A stretch of DNA of 63,829 nucleotides, filler included, from Licmophora abbreviata (taxonomy: Eukaryota), in NCBI GenBank assembly GCA_900291995.1. It is 12 parts of 12 records of this genome, joined end to end, with 100 filler letters (N's around TTAATTAATTAA, not from the genome) between each part and the next. Parts side by side here need not be neighbours in the genome. Positions count along the whole stretch, not along the records: positions 45,680 to 46,898 come from OLMU01000807.1; positions 46,999 to 48,695 come from OLMU01000808.1; positions 48,796 to 51,579 come from OLMU01000809.1; positions 51,680 to 58,539 come from OLMU01000810.1; 8 more parts are not named here. One strand, given 5' to 3'. Below are positions 45,680 through 56,402 of the stretch, in pieces (position 1 is the stretch's first letter; each line of letters opens with the position of its first letter). The position numbers and the translations under genes were made by a program. The notes beneath the pieces are model-generated. The model had not been told where the DNA came from. It saw only the letters and a list, made by a program, of their open reading frames with translations, and made no database searches.

Positions 45680-46685
45680 CAGCCCCTAATGGCCCGCCTA
45701 CTAACGGCCCGACAATGTACACCCAAAATCCATTTCGCGGCCCCGGAATTGCTATTGACTTCCATCCTGCCAAGTACGCAACGATTCGGGGACCAAAGTC
45801 CCTGGCCGGATTCCACCCTGCCTGAGTAATGGGCGCATACAGCGCCAAAAGCACCGAAACGGTCATCCCAATGACAAACGGAACTAACGTGCGTGTGCTC
45901 GAGTTCTCCAGCACTTGGTTCCGTTCATGCGTCACAGCAAAGATGACAGCGCACAAGACAAAGGTACCCCACGCTTCGACAAGGAATGCGTGTGCAGGAG
46001 TCACATCGCTCGTACGGTAGGGCTCGCCACCGTACTCGATCGTAAGAAAGGGATTTGGAAAGTACTCTCCAAAGGCAGATGCGGATAGAATACTTAGGTC
46101 GTCGCCTCGCGTAATTCCATTTTCTCTCTCAAACGCAGCAATCGTTCCGCTATAAAATAACAAGTTCAGAGCTCCTCCCAAGATTCCACCGAGCATTTGG
46201 GCCACGATATACCAGCAAACTCTTGTAAGTGTCATGTCGTGTGCATCCTTGCGTACCAGCCAAAAGGCGACCGAGACAGCGGGATTGAGATGCGCACCGC
46301 TGATTTCTGCCGTGGCCAGGATGGCCAGGGTCACCCCGAGTCCCCAGACGGCCGCCACTTGCCAAATTCCAGAGTATGCCCCGGAAAGTCCGGAGCATAC
46401 GGATCCACAGCCAAAGAGTACAATCATGCATGTTCCGACCATCTCGGCGAAAAGGACCCGCAGTAGCGGTACAGAATATTGTTTTCGTGGTTCACAGCAC
46501 CCATAGTAGTGAGAAACCACGCAGATCCTGTGATGAGGAGGAGAAGAGTCATCGGGGCTGACAACCTCTGTTTGGCTGGTCAAGCATGCCTGCCCTGGAG
46601 CAGTGCATGCCTCGAGCGCCGACTGCATGATTTCATTGTACCTTTCCGTCGATTCCACTATCGCATCACCGCCTTCAGCGACCAT
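45680..46685 (-). CDS. Aquaglyceroporin (MIP family, GlpF-like); 3' end in gap
   Basis: AEMVGT, ISGAHLNPAVS, YIVAQMLG, GWNPARDFGPR, WVYIVGPLVG. Confidence 0.93.
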
Positions 46686-47089
46686 GCTTTTTTATACTAA
46701 TTGTATGCGACCAAGAGTAAGAGAAGTGCTAGGAGTTAAACGTTTCTCTGATCATTGATATACAAGAGGGACGGCAGCGTGGAGCGGATGGTGTGTGTGC
46801 GGTGATGTGATTGATATGATTGTTTAACAGCGCACGCGCTTTCGTGAGATTCTCGGTTAACAAAAGAACAGAAGACGCGTCACGCAGCGCGCGCAAAANN
46901 NNNNNNNNNNNNNNNNNNNNNNNNNNNNNNNNNNNNNNNNNNTTAATTAATTAANNNNNNNNNNNNNNNNNNNNNNNNNNNNNNNNNNNNNNNNNNNNGT
47001 TATCCCAAAGCCACATTTTATGCTCCACATGCTATAATCTCACTCCCACCTTATTGAACCCAAAAGTGACAGTCTAAATGTTACAACGA

Positions 47090-48055
47090 TTACTTTGCTC
47101 GCAATCTCTGTATGTATCCTGTGGACCCCATGACTTCTCGATTGGCTACATCGAGACGATCGAGCAGCTCCCATCCATCGTTGGGGTCCAGCGTCCTGTC
47201 AGTAGTGACAATGACACACCCATCCCTACACGAGTTGGCCAACAACGAGCTCCATTCGCTCCCCATGATCATGGTACTCCATTCCTCTGAAAATCCTCTC
47301 GCTGGAAATACTGTACTGTAGGCGAAAATGAGATCGACGTCTGCCAGCACCTCGGTCCAGTCGGCCGCAGCTCCCGCGTGTAGCTGCAGTGACGACGAGC
47401 TCAATGATGACGATGATGATGATGATGCGTCTACAAAGAAGCCTTCCTGAATACCAGTTTCCAAACACTCCACGGCAACGTCATGCAGTACACGCGATAT
47501 CTCGATTCCATGAACCTGCCACGTCACCTTGTTCAAATCGGATGATGATGTTGTCTCTCGCGTGAGCGCCATGTACATGGCCAAGCGTCCACAGCCAGAG
47601 CCAAGATCCAGCATTTTCAATTCAGAATCTGCACTGGAAGCCAGTGATACATGCGGCAGTGCCAGATCGATGAGATCGTCCTGACTCTCGAGCGGAAACT
47701 CCCCGTAGGTGAGCGTCAGCCGGGGATCAGTCGCCGCTACAACCGTAGACCGTTCCAGACCCTGAGCATCTCTCCCAATTTCTATTCTTTCTCCATACTT
47801 CGATTCAGGCAGCAAAACTGTGTTGAGAACGCGTCGTCCTTCCTCCCTTGACAACTTTGCTGGAATTCCGACAGACGCTGTCAGTTTGGTGGACGGTGTT
47901 GGCATCATCGATAAATCTAAATCCGCGGCATCTGCAAAACTGAGGGAGAGCGATGAAAAGGAAGTGCCATACTGCCGTTTCACCGTAAGAGGTCGGACTG
48001 AAACAGTACGGCACAACGCCAACGCAACGACCGTCACTCTATAACCGACCATCAT
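47090..48055 (-). CDS. Class I SAM-dependent methyltransferase with signal-like N-terminus
   Basis: LTYGEF, MLDLGSGCGRL, VHGIEI, DLIFAYST. Confidence 0.78.
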   Translation of the reverse strand: MMVGYRVTVVALALCRTVSVRPLTVKRQYGTSFSSLSLSFADAADLDLSMMPTPSTKLTASVGIPAKLSREEGRRVLNTVLLPESKYGERIEIGRDAQGLERSTVVAATDPRLTLTYGEFPLESQDDLIDLALPHVSLASSADSELKMLDLGSGCGRLAMYMALTRETTSSSDLNKVTWQVHGIEISRVLHDVAVECLETGIQEGFFVDASSSSSSSLSSSSLQLHAGAAADWTEVLADVDLIFAYSTVFPARGFSEEWSTMIMGSEWSSLLANSCRDGCVIVTTDRTLDPNDGWELLDRLDVANREVMGSTGYIQRLRAK

Positions 48056-48309
48056 GGTGGACTGTGATGTGTCTGTCGCGGATAGCGGATTTTTTGTTCA
48101 TGCAGGGTGAATGACATTTTCGTTTCAGTACAAAACTTTCGTTGAAGTCACGTAAGTACGTCATCTGTCTTGCCCGACAACACAAAAATCAAAAAACGGC
48201 TTCGCCGCGCCACACCGCGTTCACACACATCACACATCGCCGCACCGACGAGGTGAATGACGCGACGACGACGACGACTTGTCGTGTTCCGCCGCCATAA
48301 AAAGCCACG

Positions 48310-49011
48310 ATGAGATGCACTAGAGAGATATTTCCTTATTTTTGTATTTGTACGCGTTTCATTGCGATCGCTTCGGCCTTCTCCCCGAACGGACGAAGAC
48401 TGATGCCTTCGGCATCACCGTCGTCTGACACAGCATTGAGAGCATCCAGCACTATCTGGACCGAGGAGGAACTAGTGGAGTATGCCTCGCAGCAAGGGAT
48501 CGCCTTATCACTTTCCACGCTGGGGCCTGGATATCGAGCAGTGGCCCGCGCCATCAGCAAGTCGAACGACGACGACGACGACGACGAGTCGCAGGTTTTG
48601 GGCTACTGCGAAGGTTTTCGGAGACCAGGAGGAACCGTCTTGCACATTGACAAGATGGAAGTATTTCAAAAGATGGTGCAGCAGGCAAAGAGTCGNNNNN
48701 NNNNNNNNNNNNNNNNNNNNNNNNNNNNNNNNNNNNNNNTTAATTAATTAANNNNNNNNNNNNNNNNNNNNNNNNNNNNNNNNNNNNNNNNNNNNGCCAT
48801 CGACGATGAGGAATCGCAGCATCGAAAGCTAGTCCGCTTCTACAAAAGATCGGGCTTCAAAATCATAAGGTATGTAGGAGATGACTTACAAGATATACCG
48901 GATCGACTGGTCTGGGGCGGCTGTGGAACTCTCATGAGAGAAGACATTGATACGCTACTGGTAAACTGGACAAGACTCTTAGACAAAGCCAAAGCAGCAA
49001 AACAGAACTAA
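48310..49011 (+). CDS. Putative plastid-targeted GNAT-like uncharacterised protein spanning the 48696-48795 gap
   Basis: Presequence FIAIASA|FSP (ASAF motif) and VLGYCEGF..LHIDKMEV. After the gap: AIDDEESQHRKLVRFYKRSGF..DIPDRLVWGGCGTLM, ending at TAA 49009-49011. Confidence 0.72.
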
Positions 49012-49068
49012 TAGCACCGGTACAACCATCATCACCACTCGTATTCTTCTATCCTTATAACAAAAATA

Positions 49069-51183
49069 TCAAAATACACCTTGAAGCTCACGAATGAACT
49101 TGGCTGCCTGCGATGGGCCCACCTTTTTGTGCAGATACTCAGGGACGACGCTCGTGTGAACATGCGTAATGGTCGTCAATTCGCAGTGTTCCTCTCCTTT
49201 TGGACCCCTCACCGGGCGGAGCAAATTAACGGAAAGCATAATCTCGCTTCGCACCTTGTCTTTCGACGTTTCAGTCTCACCACTCTCATCTTCCCATACC
49301 GATCGACTGACAGACAAGATTCCATCCATGTCCTTCAACGGACGAGCGTAAAGGAGCGACAACATCTCGATGCTGCGACGAAGCATGGGTGGCTTGTTAA
49401 TGCTCTGGATAATTTTCGCCTCACCTGCGATAGAGTAGGGACTTTCTGCCTCCGTCGTGTCCAGTCCTTTCTGCAAGTAAACGACATCCGTCCGACCCTG
49501 ACTCATCTTGTTATATTCGTGAGTCCGAGAGCTGTCCAATACAAGATCAATGACATTGCGCGGCGCTGTAGGGAGAATTCCTCGCGCCTTGACAAGCGGC
49601 GAGTGGCAGCCATGCCCATCGTGATCGACCATACCCGACCAGACCAGGACTTCTTTACCGAACGCTGGAGACCACGGTCTTATGGGCCAAGACTCACTCG
49701 TCTGTTCTATCGGAGGGCATTTGGACAAGAGCTTTTCGGTGTTCAGCACAGGAGTAAAGCGCTTGTTCTCGTCTGTCGCAAGCTCATAACCAAACTTCAT
49801 TAACGCCTCCAGAACGGTCTTAACCTCGTCGTCAAGAAAAGCAAAGCCGCGAGGGCAACATGCGCTTGCATGGGACGAGAGATCTGACACAGACGAGGCG
49901 GTCTCAAGCTGCGAACTGTCCATGTCGAGATCATGCACACGAATAAACGCAGCGGATGTGGATCGACGGAGTGAAGGGGCCGAGGCTGTTGGTGGCTCGA
50001 GACCACCAAAGTCGTCCATCATGACATTGCTCGCCCGAGGAGTCGCCAGCATTGGATTCAATACGGGGTCATCGTCAAGGCTCGTGTGCGTTGTCGTTGA
50101 CGTTGCACGCTGGATGACCGCTGTCGTCTCTTGTACAGCGAGGGAGGCTGCTGCGCGCTTGCCGTCCAATCGGGCCAAATCCTCCTTGGCCTTGTTCAAC
50201 ATGACTGTGTCTTGCTGCAAGTTAGTCATAGATTCCGAAAGCGACGCTTCCAGTCCTGCAACTTCTTCTTGAACATGAGCAGCATGCGCTGATATAGCCT
50301 TGATACGTAGTTGCATGGTCTCAATTTCTGTCTGCGTAGCCTCCAAATACATCTTCTGTCTTTCGAGGTGGACCTGCTGTGACTTCACCCACGCCTCGTC
50401 AAGGTCAACGGGTACGGTCGCTGCTCTTTGCCGATGAGGAACATCTTCGCTTTCCGTCACAGGTGGCATCGGAGGCGTACCATGACTTGTTAAACTGTCT
50501 CGACTTTCCACTCGATCGCGCCTGCGTTGCTTTCGACGCTCGCCTGCCTTGCGTACTTTCGAACTTATTTTTCCAATTGAAGACGAAAGTGAGCGTCGAC
50601 GGGATTTTTTGTCTTTCTTGGCGAAGTCACTCGATTCCTGGTCTTCTGCATGTATGCAGGGACGGGCGTCGAGACTCAAGTGTGACTCGGTCCTATCTAC
50701 ACCGGCGGGATCGTCTTCTTGCACATCGTCTTCCTCCTCGTTCCCGACCAAACTCTCCAAGGAAGTACTCTCGTTGTCCTGGTTCGTCCCCCCAGGCTGC
50801 GGAAGGTACTCGACTCCTAGCAGCTCCTTCAAGAGGGGCGGTAAGGAGACACCTTCACTCCTTTCAGATGCAGACGCCTCTTGATCTTTGGGCAACGGAG
50901 ACACCCAAAGATCGTTCAGCGCGGTAATCATGTCCAATACCGGTTCACGCGGGTCGCTCCATTCGTCCGAAGAGAAGCGCTCTCTGGAAGACGCATCGTT
51001 CTGCCGTGCAAAAGACAATGCCGCCAACAGGTCAGATCCCGCCTTAGAAGGAGAGACTCCGCTGGTACCCTCGTCCTCGTGGTCATTCTTTTCGTTCGTA
51101 CGAGACAAAGCGCTCTGTTGTGCCGTGCTTTCTTCCGCGCTCATTCCGGCAGGTGATGGGTAAACAGTGCCCCGCGGACTCAT
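49069..51183 (-). CDS. Coiled-coil protein with C-terminal START-like lipid-binding domain
   Basis: Central coiled coil; C-terminal PLVKARGIL..PRNVIDLVLDSSRTHEYNKM, SVSRSV, VRSEIMLSVNLLRP, ELTTITHV. Start set at the first ATG; the ORF is open to 51261. Confidence 0.72.
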   Translation of the reverse strand: MSPRGTVYPSPAGMSAEESTAQQSALSRTNEKNDHEDEGTSGVSPSKAGSDLLAALSFARQNDASSRERFSSDEWSDPREPVLDMITALNDLWVSPLPKDQEASASERSEGVSLPPLLKELLGVEYLPQPGGTNQDNESTSLESLVGNEEEDDVQEDDPAGVDRTESHLSLDARPCIHAEDQESSDFAKKDKKSRRRSLSSSIGKISSKVRKAGERRKQRRRDRVESRDSLTSHGTPPMPPVTESEDVPHRQRAATVPVDLDEAWVKSQQVHLERQKMYLEATQTEIETMQLRIKAISAHAAHVQEEVAGLEASLSESMTNLQQDTVMLNKAKEDLARLDGKRAAASLAVQETTAVIQRATSTTTHTSLDDDPVLNPMLATPRASNVMMDDFGGLEPPTASAPSLRRSTSAAFIRVHDLDMDSSQLETASSVSDLSSHASACCPRGFAFLDDEVKTVLEALMKFGYELATDENKRFTPVLNTEKLLSKCPPIEQTSESWPIRPWSPAFGKEVLVWSGMVDHDGHGCHSPLVKARGILPTAPRNVIDLVLDSSRTHEYNKMSQGRTDVVYLQKGLDTTEAESPYSIAGEAKIIQSINKPPMLRRSIEMLSLLYARPLKDMDGILSVSRSVWEDESGETETSKDKVRSEIMLSVNLLRPVRGPKGEEHCELTTITHVHTSVVPEYLHKKVGPSQAAKFIRELQGVF

Positions 51184-51493
51184 GAAAGGCACCCTTCGAG
51201 CGACAGGATCACTGACACGATACACCAGCTTTGGTTTTATACCACGACTTATTGTAGACACGCCAGAAAAAGTGACTAGTCGGTGGGCTCAGCAAAGCAC
51301 AGTTCCAAGTTCGCGTTGTGCGAAGTGATGAACCAGCGAAAAAAATGAAAAAGTATGCCAAACATGCCAAATGAAAAATGGTGTTTGTGCCCCATCAACA
51401 GGAATGAGACGCTTGCCAACCTTCATGCATGTAGGTAGCATTTCATATCCAAGACCCGTCAATAAGTAAAAGCGAGAGAAATAATCAAACCAA

Positions 51494-51541
51494 AATGCTT
51501 GAACTTGCATGAGCCGGAATGCTTGAACTTGCATGAGCCGG
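51494..51541. repeat. Perfect 24-nt tandem duplication (AATGCTTGAACTTGCATGAGCCGG x2)
   Basis: Read directly from the sequence; intergenic and close to a contig end. Confidence 0.92.
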
Positions 51542-51785
51542 CGTGCCAGGTGGACACATAATCGTAGATATTACTAGTTNNNNNNNNNNNNNNNNNNNNN
51601 NNNNNNNNNNNNNNNNNNNNNNNTTAATTAATTAANNNNNNNNNNNNNNNNNNNNNNNNNNNNNNNNNNNNNNNNNNNNGGATTAGCGCTCAGGTGAATG
51701 GGCTCCACTCACATTCGAAAGCATTTCATTGATGCCGTCCTCACTGCCGGCACATAACAACGACGTGATACAGGTGCACATCGCT

Positions 51786-53312
51786 CTAACTACCTAGTAC
51801 CTTAGCATAGTTTCTAGTTCGTCCCTTGCGGACAGCTACCGTCCTGGCTTCAGATGTTTTCCCTGGACACCAATGAACCAACCCCAGTTGTCTGGCAATG
51901 GCATGCACGAGCTTCCGCCTCCGGGGTCTCATGCCGGTTGGGAAAACGTATTCTTGCTGTCCATTATTATCGACAAACGCTTCCAATATGGATCGTACCT
52001 CTCGCTCTTCCGCGCGTGTCCAGTCTACAGGGTCCTCATCGTCGTTAGAGTCATAAGGCGACAGCAAGTGACGACGAGCGCGCGTAACATCTTCATTGCA
52101 GTCTGGATCATCTTCCATAGCAGCAAAATGAAACGGCGAGGTCGTTATGTCGTTGTCAGCAAGCCATCCCAAGAGAATATCGTTCTTGGGCGAGCACTCC
52201 CATGGTTCCATTCGAGTCAGTGCAGTGTCATATCCATACGTTTGCTCCATGTAGAGGAGTCGGTCCGTCTCCAACAAAGCCTTGGCAGTTCTCCGAGTAG
52301 CATTGCGGGGTTTTCTGAGTTCTTGCATGTCACCATAGTCCGCAGCTTTACATACTTCGTCCCACTGGGACGCGCCGACAATTCCACACACGTCAGTCGA
52401 TTGAGGATAATCAATGGTTCCAATGTTGGCAGATGTGGCATGATAGATGTAGGGATTTCGACGATTGCGATGTAATTTTCCAACACAGCAAGGCGAAACA
52501 CAAAAAGACGCCCTGGATCTAGCGCAGGTTCGTAACACCACGTCGGATGCCTCGCCGCAGGCATGTAGGGCTACACCGACATCAAAGTCGTCTTGGAACG
52601 TCTCTATTGATCCGTGGAACGAAAACAGATTTGGAATTCCAGCGCACTGCCTCTTGACCTTCTCGTGATGTGTCGGGTCAGCACCTCTCTCGTAAAACTG
52701 CCTGTCCAACATTGAAACGCCATGCTTTGCCTCTATGACAGAGCTACAGAGCCTGGCCTTTTCATGCAATAGCTTCAGAGATGCTGCTTTGAGATCCACA
52801 ACGACGACTTGACATTCAGGGAACAACAGCGCCAGTGGTATCGCCAGATGACCTGTTCCTCCGCAAAAGTCGACAATCGTAGTGGGCTTGTAAGGGGTCG
52901 AATTGCGAACATTTCCCTGAAGCATGGCCGAAACGCAACGCAGCATGGATCGAAGCTGGGCTTCTTTTCGATTGGCTCGATTTCCTTGGAGTTGTCCCAG
53001 TGTATCTCCCTTGACTCTTGCATTAGGGTGAATTTGATCAAAAGGCCAAGAATCTGATTCCTGTTGCTTCGACATGCATTGCGACAGCTCACCCGATGTC
53101 CGGCGCGGGAGCTTGACGAAGTTGGGCTGAATACCGTGTTCCAAAAGATCAGCGACCGCTTCTTCAAACTTTTTCAGTCGAAATCCTTGCACTCCCACTC
53201 GGGGTTCACGTTTGACTTTTGCATCCTCAGTGTTGGAAGGTGCCGTCGTTGGAGGACCATCAGTCGGTGTCATGGCGACTCTGGCAGGGACGAGACGCAT
53301 CATCACAGACAT
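51786..53312 (-). CDS. SAM-dependent methyltransferase (GSTCD/Methyltransf_32-like) fused to a C-terminal R3H domain
   Basis: RANRKEAQL, IVDFCGGTGHL, GVALHACGEASD, SPCCVGK, LLETDRL, CSPKNDIL; R3H-like FPTGMRPRRRKLVHAIARQLGLVH. Confidence 0.85.
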   Translation of the reverse strand: MSVMMRLVPARVAMTPTDGPPTTAPSNTEDAKVKREPRVGVQGFRLKKFEEAVADLLEHGIQPNFVKLPRRTSGELSQCMSKQQESDSWPFDQIHPNARVKGDTLGQLQGNRANRKEAQLRSMLRCVSAMLQGNVRNSTPYKPTTIVDFCGGTGHLAIPLALLFPECQVVVVDLKAASLKLLHEKARLCSSVIEAKHGVSMLDRQFYERGADPTHHEKVKRQCAGIPNLFSFHGSIETFQDDFDVGVALHACGEASDVVLRTCARSRASFCVSPCCVGKLHRNRRNPYIYHATSANIGTIDYPQSTDVCGIVGASQWDEVCKAADYGDMQELRKPRNATRRTAKALLETDRLLYMEQTYGYDTALTRMEPWECSPKNDILLGWLADNDITTSPFHFAAMEDDPDCNEDVTRARRHLLSPYDSNDDEDPVDWTRAEEREVRSILEAFVDNNGQQEYVFPTGMRPRRRKLVHAIARQLGLVHWCPGKTSEARTVAVRKGRTRNYAKVLGS

Positions 53313-53527
53313 GAGACGCCGCCGGCGCCGTGAGCCGAGTCAGTCGTGTCTACGAAAAGTGATACTCTCAGTCACGAGCCAAGTCACTTCTACTTATGGA
53401 AACAATAAGATTGAGATGGGACGAGCGAGGGAGAACGCGACGCGGTAAAAATTGAACTTTACCCCACGGCCCGCCACATCGAACATTCAGAGGACCATGC
53501 AGCAGCACAGCAACTTCAAACCTGGCC

Positions 53528-54937
53528 ATGAACTCCTGGGATAAACTTTGTCAGAGAACGTTAGGTCGGAGGTGGCTCTGGGCAGTTCTATTGCTGACAG
53601 CATACTCATGGGACTTTGTGATCAGGCTGGGGGCGAACCCACGATCTCTCCTTTTCGAAAACGCTTCTTCTCATGCTCGTTCAGGTGTCCAGCAGCAGCA
53701 AGCAATATATCGTCTCGTTCCAGACACCCCCGACACACTTCCCCGTTTTATGGTCAACAAGGCATTCGAGTCAGAAGACATGTCTCTCCCCTTTGTCGAT
53801 GACGAAGTGTCGTTGCGCGTAAAGGCGTGCCCCGTAACAGCGCAGTTGAGGTTCTACGAGGAGGAGTGGAAGTTGGAAACATTGAACGAGTCTGGCGAGA
53901 GCAAATTCATTGGAGGAGACGAGTATTACATCGTTTATCAGGACAGAGCTATGTACACCGCAGAGGCGCCTCCCGGCAACACCATCACGGCTGTAGCTTG
54001 GTGGCATGACTACCAGAACGGCACGTATTCTGTGCGAGAGTTTGTCGCCTCGCCTCATCTACCTTCGAATATAACATTGGAAGGTACAGGACGTCTGGTA
54101 ATATACCTCACTCATACATGTGGTGTAGGACGGATTGGGAGACCGCACAAGGACGGCTGGGCGACTGGTGGAGGGGTGAACGCGAAATGGATCGTCGAGA
54201 ACGTTTCTGCACCGACTTTTGATTCGTTTGAGCCCGCCGACCAGTCTGTGGATCTCGGACAATATCAGAGAATATTAGGAGTGGGGGATTCCATCATGCA
54301 GCAGTTCGTTTCGTCGACGTATCTCAAGTGGTTTTATCCAAACCTCAGATTTGGACGAAACATGCAGAATCCACTTCAAATGAGAACGGTCGACGAGTTC
54401 CTGAAAAAAATCAGCGGTCGACTGAAACCTTGGGTCGAGGAACAAGCTTCTATTGCATTGATTGTAGGGAGTGCATCGTGGGACCTGCTGAAGCCTTTCG
54501 GGAACGAAGATGTTCCTATCGCAGGTTTGCCGGAGGAGGAAACGGCGCTGTTCACGGATCACCTACTGGCTGCTCGGAAGCTGACTACGACGGTGCAGCG
54601 GCAATTCCCATCTGTGGATATTTATTGGCGTTCCGGGAGCGCCCTACATCTCCATGCTCTAAGGGAGGGATATGGAGAGAACTGGACCTGGACGACTCTT
54701 GACCGGATAAAGTATCTTAGCCAGTACCGGGCTGAACGACTTTTTCACTTGCAACGGGATCTGATGAGTGAGCTTGGCGTCACATTCTTGGACCTCTATC
54801 ATGCATCGTACTTGATGGCAGACCGACATCGTTCACCTGGTGACTCCATGCACTATGATATACCGACAAATCAGATGATGATTTCATGGTTCTACCCCCG
54901 CGGGTTCGATGAAGGTGTGACAGAGGCTCTGACATGA
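53528..54937 (+). CDS. Membrane-anchored SGNH/GDSL-like (PC-esterase/NXPE-like) protein
   Basis: N-terminal transmembrane segment, Ig/filamin-like KFIGGDEYY..DYQNGTYS, GVGDSIMQQ, SASWDL, terminal DxxH (GDSMHY). Confidence 0.68.
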   Translation: MNSWDKLCQRTLGRRWLWAVLLLTAYSWDFVIRLGANPRSLLFENASSHARSGVQQQQAIYRLVPDTPDTLPRFMVNKAFESEDMSLPFVDDEVSLRVKACPVTAQLRFYEEEWKLETLNESGESKFIGGDEYYIVYQDRAMYTAEAPPGNTITAVAWWHDYQNGTYSVREFVASPHLPSNITLEGTGRLVIYLTHTCGVGRIGRPHKDGWATGGGVNAKWIVENVSAPTFDSFEPADQSVDLGQYQRILGVGDSIMQQFVSSTYLKWFYPNLRFGRNMQNPLQMRTVDEFLKKISGRLKPWVEEQASIALIVGSASWDLLKPFGNEDVPIAGLPEEETALFTDHLLAARKLTTTVQRQFPSVDIYWRSGSALHLHALREGYGENWTWTTLDRIKYLSQYRAERLFHLQRDLMSELGVTFLDLYHASYLMADRHRSPGDSMHYDIPTNQMMISWFYPRGFDEGVTEALT

Positions 54938-55079
54938 AAGAAAGATCGCTTGTTGAGATGTTTCTGGTTCTAGCGATTGTCCGCTCTCTTCAACTCTTGC
55001 GTACTACGCGGTCAGCTCCTAACCACATTGTAAGATTACTGACACTGCCGATGAGAGAGCCTCAACAATTTGTCATTCG

Positions 55080-56075
55080 TCAATCGGCCTTCAGATCCTT
55101 CGGTTTCTCTGTCTCGAGATACAATTGGGGACGTGCCTGCGCCCAATCGTCGCCCATCTTGTGCTTATAGCGATCGTATAAATCCTTCAGGGCGTTGACG
55201 AACGTTCTATGTAAGGCATCAATCTGTTCTTGAGTAGGACTCTCAGTCTTGGTCACGGCTATGGGTCGACCAATCGCGACAACGAGCTTGGTCGGCACGG
55301 GCACACAGCCGAACGGAATGCCAAAACGATCGGTCCAGAAAATGAACGAGACCCGTAGCTTCTTGGAAAGTCGGGCAGCCAGAGAGTCAGACCCAAATTT
55401 TCTACGGAAACATTCATTGGCGCCGAATGTATAGGCTGGAACAATCTCCGCTCCGGTCTGAAGGGCGATCCGACAAAAACCCTGTCGTCGATTCAAAAGA
55501 ACCTGTTCCTGGTCAATACCAAAGAACATTCCACTTATTCCATCCGGCTGCAGTTGTAGTACATTGTAAGGATAGGGGAGCTGGAGATGTGTCTTCAAGG
55601 ATCGGGACGATACACCTGTGCAGCCCCACCATGTCATGACCCGTCTCAGAATGGGAACCCAAAAGATGACGTCTGCACCGGTAAACAAGAATCTCACCCC
55701 GTACTTTTCGTACACATGATCTGCGATGAGAACACCTCCCACTCCAAAGATTGCGTGGGGAAAGTAGCACACAAGGTAGTTTTTGTCTTTTTCAAAGTCG
55801 GCCTCGACATGTATCTCGGCCTTGTGGTAGGACTGTATTCCTTTGAGCGTATTGCACCAATTGGAAAAGGACGGAGAGTAGCCTCGAGGACCTGGTCGTA
55901 ATGGAATAAGAAAATCTATGGCAGCAACAACAATGGCAATCCGACACCACCAATGCTTGAAGTAAAGCTCGCTGAGGACAAAGATTGGCACGAGGAGTGG
56001 AACAAAATTGCAGCCGAGGTAGAAGCCTGACATGACGATGAGCTTCACCTCGTGCCAGTTCTTGGCGACAGGCAT
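55080..56075 (-). CDS. DGAT2/MGAT-family acyltransferase
   Basis: Two N-terminal hydrophobic segments, YLVCYFPHAIFG, FWVPILR, RRQGFCRIALQTGAEIVPAYTFG, VAIGRPI, PTQEQIDALH. Start uncertain; the ORF is open to GTG 56117. Confidence 0.9.
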   Translation of the reverse strand: MPVAKNWHEVKLIVMSGFYLGCNFVPLLVPIFVLSELYFKHWWCRIAIVVAAIDFLIPLRPGPRGYSPSFSNWCNTLKGIQSYHKAEIHVEADFEKDKNYLVCYFPHAIFGVGGVLIADHVYEKYGVRFLFTGADVIFWVPILRRVMTWWGCTGVSSRSLKTHLQLPYPYNVLQLQPDGISGMFFGIDQEQVLLNRRQGFCRIALQTGAEIVPAYTFGANECFRRKFGSDSLAARLSKKLRVSFIFWTDRFGIPFGCVPVPTKLVVAIGRPIAVTKTESPTQEQIDALHRTFVNALKDLYDRYKHKMGDDWAQARPQLYLETEKPKDLKAD

Positions 56076-56402
56076 CGTTGAAGTAGGGCCACGGCTTTCA
56101 ACGAAGAATACACCCACGATTGTTAGAATACAGGTGTGTCAACACGGCCATGTCCCCCATGCCAGTTGCGAACAGACTCGAATTTTTGGAATGGAGAGCT
56201 CCGAACAAAACTGAGCCATCATGCGACAAAAATTGCTGTAGATTCTACGTGCATTTAGTACTGCCAACAAGCGCGAAACTTGCGCCCAACACGTGCTCTG
56301 GCGCGCGCAAAAAGTCTTCTCACTTTTCAGAATCAATCCACTTGGAGCGGAGACACAACACGACGACGAGAGAGAAAGTGCGGCGACGAAAGTCTCGTCG
56401 TC

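Noticed and set aside
45680..46685. Aquaglyceroporin as a plant Lsi1-type silicon channel
   Set aside because: About 155 residues separate the NPA motifs, unlike the 108 spacing of plant silicon-permeable NIPs. The NPARD signature indicates an ordinary GlpF-like channel; substrate cannot be read from the sequence.
51494..51541. 24-nt tandem repeat as a CRISPR or telomeric remnant
   Set aside because: Only two adjacent copies with no spacer and no associated genes.
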